Shown: positions 27,501 through 39,500 of the stretch, piece by piece
How the letters are laid out: each line of letters begins with the position of its first letter
How positions within the stretch are numbered: the stretch's first letter is position 1
Source of the DNA: Priapulus caudatus
Lineage: Eukaryota
Assembly (NCBI RefSeq): GCF_000485595.1
Contig: NW_014577064.1
Span: 567,568 to 628,342, forward strand
Length of the DNA: 60,775 bases
Direction: 5' to 3'
Program-made: the position numbers and the translations under genes
The notes under the pieces: generated by a model
Seen by the model: the letters and a program-made list of their open reading frames with translations, nothing else
What the model was told of the DNA's origin: nothing
Database searches by the model: none

Positions 27501-30500
27501 CTGTACATTAGACTACAATCAGACGGGAAATTGCAAAGTGGTCCTTTATAGACATTTGCCATTCTTTTTTAAGGGGTCGTAAATAATTGCATGCAGGAAA
27601 TCCACAAAAGTGTATCTTTTGGAAATTGTCAAAGTGTCAATGACATATTTCAATTCTATCAAAGGTTCTCTATAAACTGTCTCTTAACACATGATGACTT
27701 AATTATAAGAACGAGTGCAAGATTATTCTGTCTTTCAGGGATACGTATTCAAAAAAAAATTAAGGGCTGAATAGTAATCATGGAGGCTATAACAACCAAT
27801 TTAACATGGTCGACGATATGGATACCATATCCCAATACTAGAATACTCGCCAGTTGATGACATACTTGAAAAACGTAATGAAAAAGAAGTTTAAAATCGC
27901 AATCGCTATGATAACTTCTCATCCCGATGTAGGAAATATTCATGTTAACTCAGTCATGTGAAAAATTATCGTTACATATTTTTTCATGAGACATTAATTC
28001 ATCGTCAACATCTCTTCATGGCTACAGGCGCTCTTAAACCATCCCAACGCTTGAAAACACACTTCACTGGCGAAAGCATGTAGCTGCAATAGACTTTTGC
28101 AATGCATGTCAAGGAATAGTGAGCTTTTGCTGCGCCATTAATCAACTGAATTTCCCTCGATAGAATATTATGGGTTAACCACTTAAGTATTAACATAAGA
28201 TTTCCGCTATATTTCAATACTTGAGATTCATGAAAAACAGAGCTGCTATAGTATCAAACTTTTTTCATTTTAAAACACCTCCACTCTGCTGTATTCCGTG
28301 TCTGGATTGGTTATCAACAACTTGTCTAATTGTAATCTCATGGATGATAAAATCCTTAAATGTTATTCTAAGTGATATTAATATGTATTTCCAAATACCT
28401 TCATAATGCAAACGTTATTATTGAGATATTCAGACCATGAAATATACCAGTAAACCATTTTGTGTATATATGTTCTATGTTGAAGAAGCAATACCAAGAA
28501 GTTCTGAGTGTGCTCTAGACTGACCTGAGATCAACAGGTTCCACCTCAAGCACAAACCACCAACGCGCACGCTACGCACGCTACGCACGGCACCAACGCA
28601 CGCACGCACGCACACACACCACACTCGTGTGCAGTAACAGGCATGCAATCCACGAGACAATCAGCACTCTTGATTAGTTTGCGTTAACAATTTGATGGTG
28701 TATCGTTTGCATTGCGATACGGACGCTGCTCATCCATTATGGTATTGTGTGCCGCTGTATCGCCATTCACCGACTTTACATCCCTAGTAACTAGTGGAGT
28801 GTTGTCATAGCAACCTCCTATGTACACAATTTTGCAATATGTATGGTAGCAACACAAATCGAATTGGAAGCTGCTTATACTCGTTAAGAACTGCATACCA
28901 GGCTTTTATAGCAGGGTGTTGCTAACATGGTTGACTGCTAATTGCGTGTTCCATCAATACACACCTTAACATCATGCGTATCTGAGATTGCGCTAATGCT
29001 CGGGAGGTGACCACTGCTGAAAAGTATTTCTCCTGCTCCAGGCTGGCTGACGTTGGCTGCTCGTGACTAGTGGTGCCTGTAAACCCAGGAAGACGACATG
29101 CTCCATAAATAACACGTCATTTAACAACAAAATCAAAACAATCTTGAACTATTGTACATTTATCATTGCATGGGAACTGATGACCAGCATGTGTATGCTG
29201 TGATATACGATATATATATAATTTACAGTACACGTACTGTACATCCATTTATTATTAGCATAATTATGTTCTTTACCACATAGAAGATTTTCTAAATGAA
29301 TTTCCGTATTTTGGTATTTAGAGTCATAGTTATCTATATATTTTCACGTATTTGGAATGGAAAGCTCAATGAGGTAAAATGTCAAGAATGAAGAAAGCCA
29401 TGGCTTAAGAATAAGAAAGGTACATTCTGCGACTGCAGTGAGTCCTTGGAAGAGTAAGGAGAAACTACTTGAGAGAGCAGTTCATCCTAGACGTCCTAGC
29501 AGATTCCTCAGCATCTGCAGAAGCTTTTGCTGGATACCAATCATCTCTCAGTAGCACAGCTCGTGTGCGAGAGTGCCGCCAGCACACTGCAGGAAACCTG
29601 CAAGCAAGAAAGACATACACGTGAACAGCAATGTACTGATGAGAGCCATGCAATGCCCTTAACAGTGATTACTCCACCAATTTCTAAGCATCCACTCAAG
29701 ATAAATAAGATTTTTTTATTGATCACCGAAAATAAAATGTTATGAAAGTAAACAATAAGCTGTTTCATTTACTTTTCAATGTTACTTATACCTTCTTTAT
29801 ACTTGCCTAATTTGCCGCGCTGAAAAATAGGATATACGCCACCAGTATCTTAAACATCACGGGAATTCTGTTAGACACAGAAATTCCCAGAAATCGATTC
29901 ATACATTATTTGCAAATTTAAAACCAACGCTAAACATTTTTACTCTTACGTGAGAGGTTAGAGAGATATATTTATAACGTAAGTTCTTACTTTAATGTAA
30001 CAAAAATGTCAATTTTTTTTTACATCTTTTAGCCATGCGCAAAATTTCGTGACGTATCAATTTACTCTCATCACAACACGAACATTCAATGTAATTACAA
30101 GACATGTGCACGGCAGGGCAGCTCACCTGTTCGTACAACCGAGGAAACACCTAATTCCAGCCAAGTTTCAGCGTCTTAATCAATCACTTTCCATGATTAT
30201 GAGCTTTTAGTTGAACACCAGTATTTGGTCGGTGCCTAGTATTGCCCTCAAATATTATGCGGTTAGAAACAAATGCTGATAATAAACAAATTTTATTGCT
30301 TGCCAGACAAGATAGGCATCGAGTCTCAATATCAAGACTGTTCTCCAAAAAAAAAAGAGGTTTTCCAAGGAATTTTCAAATGCACATAGCTATTTTACGA
30401 AGGAATTTCCTTAGTAACACATTCAGATTTTCAATCCTAATCCAATTTTCTAGCACCACCACACAAACACTAACATCAACGGACCAATCGACGATGCGAA

Positions 30501-33500
30501 CTGAGTGACGAACTAATGTATTGACCGAGCCCACCATTACCCAGCGACTGCACTGAGTGAGTTAACTATTACCTGTTGCGCGTGCGTCTTGCCACCTTCA
30601 CTATGCTTCGTTATGAGATCACTGACGGCACGACGAACCGTCTGATACGTCGACAACACCTGTACGGTTACTTAGACGTCGATATGCAACGACGCTGCCT
30701 CTTCTGTCCGCGTCAGGTTGCTGCCGATAGTGCCGAGAACCTGACAGTAAGCACAACGGGCGTCAGCGCGACTCCTTCGGCCGTGGTCGTCATCGCGACG
30801 TCATGACCGGTCTGTCCTGCATTTCACACACACCCTACAGTCAGGTACGACTCCGTCACCCCATCATACATTCCCTATCATCCAACTAATAACATGCAAC
30901 TTCACGCCAAGATGAATTGCCATTTAACCTCATCATGTCATGCATTCCAGATCTGCACCACAATACGACATATCGCTTCACCGGATGCATGCCTTTTCAC
31001 ACTAATCTAACACACTCTTCTCCACACACTGGCATTACGCTTCACCACCAAACCATACATACCGCTTAATTCCCCCACATCCATAGGCAACCCATTCACC
31101 ACACACCATAGACATACGCCCTTCTACACCACACCTATGGACATACGCTTCCCCCACACCATGCACTACGCTTCACCCACACCATGACATACCGCCACCC
31201 ATCACCCAATTACATACGCCTCACACCACACCTATGACATCAACGATCTTCCCCCACACCATGGACATACGCTCACCCCACACATGGCCACACACCTTCT
31301 CTCACACCATGAATCCACAGCTCACACCACCACAATTGACATACGCTCATCCCCCCGACACCCATGACAATACGTTCACCCGCCACCAGACTATTACGCC
31401 TTCCCCCAACACCATGACAACATCACGCTTACACCCCACACCATACATCCACGCCTCTACCCCACACCCCATGACATCTACGCCCTTCATCCCCACCACC
31501 GATGACATTACACGCTTCACCCCACACCATACAATTACGGCTCACCCCCCATGCATGCCCTTTCCCTAACAATATCAATCACACCTTTCTCACACCATGA
31601 TCACGACGATTCCCCCCCACCATCGCATTACGCATTTCACCCCACAGCCAATGAATAACGCTTCCACCACCAGTCATAGATCGACCTTTTCACCACATCT
31701 ATCAAACTACACCTCTTCTCCAACACCATGAATTACGCTTCCACCCCACACATCTGACATACGCTTCACCCACATCAGGATACGCCTTCACCCACAACAT
31801 ATGACTACGCTTCACCCCACCATGGCACTACACCCTCACCACCATGGCATGCTTTCACCCCCCCCCACCCCCCCCCCCTCCAATATGCACACCCTTCTCC
31901 TAACCATATGAATACACTCACCCCACACTCATGGCATACGCTTCACCCCACACCATGCCTCCTTTCTATCCTCATATAACACAACCCTCTCCCACTACCA
32001 TGGCAACACTTTCATTCCCAACACCATGCTGCATGGCCTTTCCATCCTCATTAATGGCACACACGTCACCACACAACCATTGTGGATACAATTCACCCCA
32101 CACCCATGCATAATCACCCTTCACCCCAACACAATATGTGCATGCCTTTCATTCCATATCATGACACAACCCTCTCCACACACATGCGCATACTTTCACC
32201 CACAAACATGTGCACTTAACACCCCCAAAACCATGCCATGACTTCTCATCTCACTATGACACTCACCCTCTCACATCCATGGAACACTCTTTCACCCCAA
32301 CCATGCACTACATCCCTACACCATCATGCACCTTTCATACACTCGATATGACAACACCTTCTCCAGCCACATCGCCACACTCTCTCACTATCCCACCTAT
32401 GGCACTACACACCCACACACCATGCATCCTTCATCCTCACTATACACACCTTCTCCCACATGCACACATCTCTCACCCCCACCATGCAGTTCTTTCACCA
32501 CACCAACGAACCATATAAGTACACCGGATTCACAGCGAAGTAGTCATCCTCATGTGGAACAACTTACCTAATAACACCCCATCTTCAAGCATGATCCATG
32601 CCCCATCTTTTTTCAGAAGCCACTCCCAACAGCCGAGTGTTCTTCTATACGTGACCTTCATCCAACCGCACCGTGCTACGCCTCCGTATCAATCATCTTC
32701 GATCAACCATAGATAATCCTTCACTTGATACCTAGATGCGTCCAGCAGTGCAGAGACGTAGTTGACACCAAACCACGCACCGGAAGTACGCATCACAGCA
32801 ATTCCATCGCTGCATGCAACTGTATGTACTAGACACAAACGGACCCGTCACCCCCATGCGCCTCATAGTAAATACCTGGCAAGTTGGGCACCATCGGAAC
32901 CTCCCTCCTTTAGCGATCATACGATCCCGAATATAGGAACACAAATCCCAGCAGACTAATTAAGAGAAAGCCCTGGAAGTCATAAACAGCCCACCTAGAA
33001 TTAATCGATGCGTTCAGGCTTCAGATACATAACCCTTTAGCCACCACCTGCAATGTAACATTTCGTCGCAATCCTTCAAAGTGCCAGAGTGCCTCATAGA
33101 TCCTTTAAATCTTTGAATTTGTCGTTAGTTTGATCCATGTTAAATACCCAGCGTAAGTTAAAACGTACATTATTTAACAAGATACGAATGCTTTATTATC
33201 CATATGATTCCTTACCAACAAGTTGAACTGCATCTCTTGCTTGAAAATCCTATAGTGCATGAAGCCAGACTGTCGCAGATGCTACAAACAACTATACACA
33301 TGGTCACATTGACACTTAGCAACCTACACACGAACATCCCATATATATTTATTTATTGTTTTATTATTATGCCTATGTGTTTTTAATTAATTATGTGGAA
33401 TACTAATGACAGTGGAGCAATTGTGGTTACACCCAACACGTGCCTAACTGTTTGTCGTTTGCTGGGCGTTTAGATCCAGAACATCATGCAGCTGGCAGGA

Positions 33501-36500
33501 GCAGCCGTTGACTTGTTGGACGTACAAGGCTCATCCGTCATGGTTTGTCTAGAGGACGGTTGGGATATCACTGCACAGGTTCGTAGCATAGCAGGCCATG
33601 CTCTAATCAGATGGCAATGCTTAATGTAACAATAATTATACTATAGTAGCATTATTATCATTTACAATTTGATATATCTATCTATCTATCTACATATATA
33701 TACAATTATTGCCTAATAGCAAATACAACATAAGTGTTTTGTGGACCAGGAATATAAATGTTGCCTCGAGTACATTTGATCATTCTCTGGATTATGATTG
33801 TGCATAGGAAAAACAATTAGGGGGTGAGGCTGATTGAATATTTACGGTAGGATATATAGGTTTATTGAGTTACCCATAGTGAATCATGGGTAGATTAAGG
33901 TGTGTCATACTCTCTTATTACATAATCCTGATAATATTAATATAATTACTAATAAGAATGATTTTATTAATGAAGTCATCCATGTTTTTCAGATTGTGTC
34001 GGTAGCCCAGGTCCTGCTGGACCCTTACTATCGCACTATCGAGGGCTTCCGCACCATCATCGAAAAGGAGTGGCTTGCGTTTGGCCACAGGTTCAGTTAC
34101 CGTGGCAACCACACGGTCGCATCGCAGAGTTCTGGATTTGCTCCTATATTTCTGCAGTTTTTGGATGTTGTGCATCAGGTATGCATCTGTTGTCGTTTCC
34201 CGCGCCCCCATGCACTATGCCTTTGTCGCAGCCCTTGTCCTTTGTCACCACCGCCCTTGTCCCCCATCACGGCTGCTGCTGTCCTCAGTCACCCCCGTCT
34301 TCACCCTCCGTCGTCACCAGGAGAAAAGAAAAACTGCTTACAATGTCATCCAAGTGCAAAAAAAACTATACTTTTTCTCGATTGCCGGCTTATGTAATAC
34401 TGCGTTTCACATCTTATTATCATAATAAACAGACGAGAGTAGCACAAAAAACGTTTGGGAAAACATCTCAGAAATATTGCACGCGCATATACGGATGTGA
34501 TAATGGCGCGCGCGCCTCCCTCCCCCTGCTCACAGGTGCACAGCCAGTTCCCGCTGTCGTTTGAGTTCAACCAGTACTTCCTGCGCTTCATCGCGCTGCA
34601 CTACTGCTCGGGTCGCTTCCGCACGTTCCTGCTGGACAGTGAGTACGAGCGCGTGGAGGCCGGCTGGCTGCTGGACGAGAGAGTGCGCTCGCACAGCCGC
34701 GCGGACGAGCTCGACGACGTCGAAGGCGATGCCACCCTCACGCAGGCCGCCCAAGGTAAGCAGTTGTACATGTGCGCCGTTGCAATCGTGGCGTCTGTGT
34801 GCGGCGTGCTGCTGTGGGCTGGCCCGTCGTGCGTGCTTGTGTGTGTGGTGGGTGTGTTGTGCTGTATGTGCGTTCAGTTGCGTGCGTTTTGTGGTGGCGG
34901 GTGTGTGTGTCGTGGCGGTGTGGTGCTGTGTGGGCTGTGTGAGGTGTGGCCGTTGTGGGTGCGCGTGTAGCTTGTGGTGCGTGTGCTGGTGTGGTGTGGC
35001 TCGTCCGTGCCTTTGTGTGCGCTGGCGGTACAGTTGGCGGGTGAGTTTGGGTCAGCCGTGCGTGTTGCGTGTGCGCTGTGGGATGTCGTGGGTGTGTGTC
35101 TATGTGCATGTCTGTGCGCATGCGTGCGTGCCAAGCGTGTTGTGCATGGTTACACGTGTGTTTATAGGTGGCTGTGCATGTGTGCGATGCAGTTGTGCTG
35201 TCTTAGGGGCCCCTAAGTGCCATGTCTGCGCTTAGATGCGTGCGCGTGCGGTGGCTGGTGCGTGCCGCGTTGAGTTGCTGTTAGTGTGGGTGCATGCCTA
35301 TCATATGTGCATGTGTGGCATTCATGTTTGTGCGTGTGCATGTTTTGCGATGTGCAGGCATATCGACGCTCTGATTTCAGATCTGTTTGCTCTCAGTCGC
35401 TGGGACAGGAAGCAAATTTTTACTTGTCCGATCAAATTTTTGCATTTTAATACCTGTGACACCCTTTAACAAATATAACTGTGAGCAGATGTCGCGCGGA
35501 TCGTGTGATAGCCCGCCCTGGCTCTTGATGTTAGCAATATTAGACAACTGGATTTTTCAGTTTGTCAGATCTGTCCAACTAGCCATAGAAAATAATTGCT
35601 TCGACATAGACTGACACTTGTCCCGGCATATCGGACAACCATTTGTGTCGCAGGGCCTGATGTCGTGCACTGCTTGTGGTATGAGGTGTCGCGGTTTGTC
35701 GGATGTGCCATGTGCTGCGCTGCGTGTGTATGAGTATGTCAGTTTGTGTGTGATGTATGCATGTGTGTGTTATGTTGTGAAGTTGTGTGTGCTCATGTGT
35801 CGCGTCCCGTGCGGCGCGCGTGCTGGTGTGTGCTGTCCTGGTCTTTTGTGCATGTTTCGCATGTGTGCCGAAATCCTTTATCTGTCTGATGTACGCGTAC
35901 GCCGTGCGGCCCAGGCCAGCGCCGGCACGTCGTTTGTCGGGTCATCCGCCCGAGTTCCGCGCGAGTCGAATGACCGCGCAGGCCGAGCGGGGACGCCTCG
36001 CGTGCCCTGTTGGACCCACCGCGTTGCGGTTCCGTCGAATTCGGCGTGTTACCTCGCCGCTACGCAACACACTATTCCTACAGGCTGCGTTGCCGCTGCA
36101 GCGTCTTCGGCTAGACTCCGGTCGAGTCGCAATTGGTTCACGCCCGGCCCCCGATGACGCCGAGGGGTGAGTCGCGGTGCTATGTCGCCGCCGGGCGCTG
36201 TGTCCCCAGCCGCGTCGTGTGTGTGCCGGCCGTGTGTGCTGTGTGTGTGTTTGTTGTGTGTGTGTGCGTGTGCCGTGTGGTGATCTGTGCGTGTGCGTTG
36301 CGTGGTGCGTGACTATCAGCACGTCTGGCCGTGCCTGTACCGGCTGACCACCCGTGCGGCTGTCTGTGGGCGGCTGCGCTGGGATCGCCTCTGTGTGACT
36401 GTGTGTGTTGTTTGTGTGTGGTGTGTGTGTGGTGTGTGTGTGTGCATGCGGGTGTGTGTGTTGCGTGCGTGCGTCGCGTTGCGTGCGTCGCATGCGGCTC

Positions 36501-39500
36501 CGTGCGTGCTTCGGCGTGTGTGGTGTGTCGATCAATTTGTGTACGCATGTTAGCGTGTTTATGTGTGCATGATTGTGCGTTCGGCATGCATGGGTATGTG
36601 TGTAGGTGCATGTGGCATGTGTGGGTGTGTGGATGCTTACCTGGGTGTGTTTGTGTTTTTATGAACGTGGGTGTGTGTGCGCATGTGTATGTATTTGTTT
36701 GCTGTGTTTGTGTTTGTGAGTGTGTGTGCATGATGAAAGACATGACATCAGTGATAAGTAGACATCAATTGTCACTGTTCTGGGGAAAAAAGTTCGACCC
36801 CTAATGAGCAATATATCTTTCAAAGGCCAGAAATAAAGAGCGTTTTGTTTGCGAGTTTGTTTGCGAGAATAAGTAATCATATGATGTAATTACAATATTA
36901 CATTATATACTGGTGTTAAAGCGTAATAATGTTCTGATGTGAAAGACTACTTTACATTTTCGCACTGACAATCACAACAGATACTTCTATGTGGGAATAC
37001 ATCGAAAAGCATCACAAGAGGTCGCCGCTGTTCTTTAACCCGATGTACATCACACCATCGACAGACGTCGTAAGTCTAAAATATATAAAATATATTTAAA
37101 ATATTATATAAAATAAAATAAAATAAAATATATATTAGTTAATTATAAATAAATAAAATAAAATATATAAAATATTATCTAAGTACTTAAGCCATAATAA
37201 AAATATTGTTTGTTTGCCCTCACATGACCGATTTCCCAAAAAGGGGCCGACTCAAAAAAATTTATTGATCTTCCCATTTTTTTTTTTTAAAATTGTATCA
37301 TGCGACATTATATAAATCTGTAGACATTACATTATATGTACCAAGCAAAACAAACATTCAACATAAAAGGTATCTCCACACAAGCACACCCGAGCGCTTG
37401 TAAAAAGACCCCCCTAAAAAAAAAGACTACCCCCTACCCAAACTTTTCAGCCTGGGTCAAGTGAGGGCAAACAAAGATTTTTTTAATTGTGGCCCTACCA
37501 TATCTAATCTAAATTGATACATATTTCATGAAGGTGGTGAGCACCAACTGTTGTTCATTGCACACTGTGGGAAGCCATTTTAATAGTACGTTTAGTAGTT
37601 TAAGGAAAAATTGCATCATTTATGTTGGCTGTTGTCTTTTCTGACTTTTCCTACACAAAACAATCCAACACTTATACTTGTCTTTTTCCTTCTACGCTGT
37701 TAAGGAGTCGGTAAGTACATTTAACAAATAATTATAATAAAACATCTGCTTTTTACATTTATTACTCAATTACATGCTTGGGTTTAATATATTTTGGGGT
37801 AAAACTACACAAAAGTCTGGCATTACTGCTATATGAAGGAGATGGCTGTCACTTTCTGAATGTAAGATTTTTATACTATTTTGTTTCACTAGAATTCACA
37901 CTGGCTTACTACTTATTTGCCCTTGTGAGAATTCAGTATCACTAGAATTATATTAGCATCTGTAGGATTTTACTATGTGTCCTCGCCATGGTGATTTATT
38001 GCGGCTAGCCTAACACAGGTGCAGCTGTGCAGCCTCACGTTAAGTTGTCATGCGTCGTTACACATGTGTCGCATAACTGTCTTGGCAACAGCGGATGAAC
38101 GTTCTGCGGCCGTACTCGAACATCTCGAACCTGCGCATCTGGGATTACTACGTGACGGAAGAGCTTGGCCACTACCCGTCGTACGACCGTGAGATGGTTG
38201 CCGTGGAGACGCAGCAGGAGGAGGAGCAGAACGCGCTCGAGACGTCGCCTAGCAACCGGAAGATTGTGATGGCGGGCTACGACAACCTGAGAATCGTTGA
38301 ACCCGACGCTTTCACGCTGCTGCTAGAGGTGCGTCTCGTGCAGATCTTGGCAATAGATCCCGAAGCCACACCACATAGATTGAACACTTGTCTGCGATTG
38401 AGACTTTTGAAGTTACGTTTTACATACAGATTACAATGTAGTCGCGTTTCCAACAGAGTTGTAATGAGCAGATGTAATAGCTGTTGGCATCTGTGTAATG
38501 TGTGATGTACTCATCTGCCATGTAGAGAGTGTTACACTCGACCTTGCTGTCTGATCAGTTGTATTCAGTGTGTGAGCATAACGTATTTATATATGCACTG
38601 CTGCAGGAGGTCTATCGACTGGAGACGGAGCTCGGACATCTACCACAACGCTGGAAGTATACCTGGGACAAGCAGCAAGCTCAGTCCGATTACGTTGAGG
38701 TACACACTCTTGGTGACAGCAATAGTCACATGAAGAAATCCCAAATGTGTAACCCTTGTGTAAAGTCTTCGCTAAATTTCCTAATGGACTATTTAAGTAA
38801 TGAAAAGCTCGTGATATTATGTATTGCTTAATGTGCGCGAACGTTGCATCATTTACAGAGCAGTATGGCAGCGACGCAGCAGTACCGGTCTCACGGCCGC
38901 GCGATTCACAAACGCGCAACGATCGAAATCCTCATCAAGGGCAAGATGGGAGTCGAGACGACACAGATGTACTCGCACCCGCACCGCTTTGAGAAGTTCA
39001 ACTACACTACGCCAACGTACTGCGACTACTGCAATCACGTGCTGTGGGGCCTTGTCAAGACAGGTATAGCTGTAGATATTACTCCAATCACTAACAGAGG
39101 CGCATGAGTGCAGTCAGTTTGTCCCTCATCTTGCCCCCTCACGCTGTGGTTCCATTATTCATGCACCTTAAAGTTACTATGACACGTGATGTTATAATGA
39201 GAGAGAGCAAGTAAAAGAGCGAGATGGAGACGGAGAGAGCGGGAGAAAGGTACAAGGAAAATGACGGAGACAGAGCGAGAGGAGGGGAGAAGGGAAGAGA
39301 GAGCAGGAGAGACAGTGAGAGAGAGAGAGAGAGAGAGAGGGAGAAAGAGAGATATAATGTTGAATCAAAGCAGGGAATTAAGGTGTAATAACACTTCATT
39401 GTAGCATTTCACTGTTGCCTTTGAATCTCATGTTTTGTACCATCGAGTGAATACAATGTTGTCACGATTAGATGGCGTTGTGCATCGTTCGGATTCTCTT

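Noticed and set aside
25861..33335. A second, antisense Sbf paralog or pseudogene
   Set aside because: Introns and repeats are colinear with the forward copy and differ by random indels. This is the same locus inverted, not a paralog.
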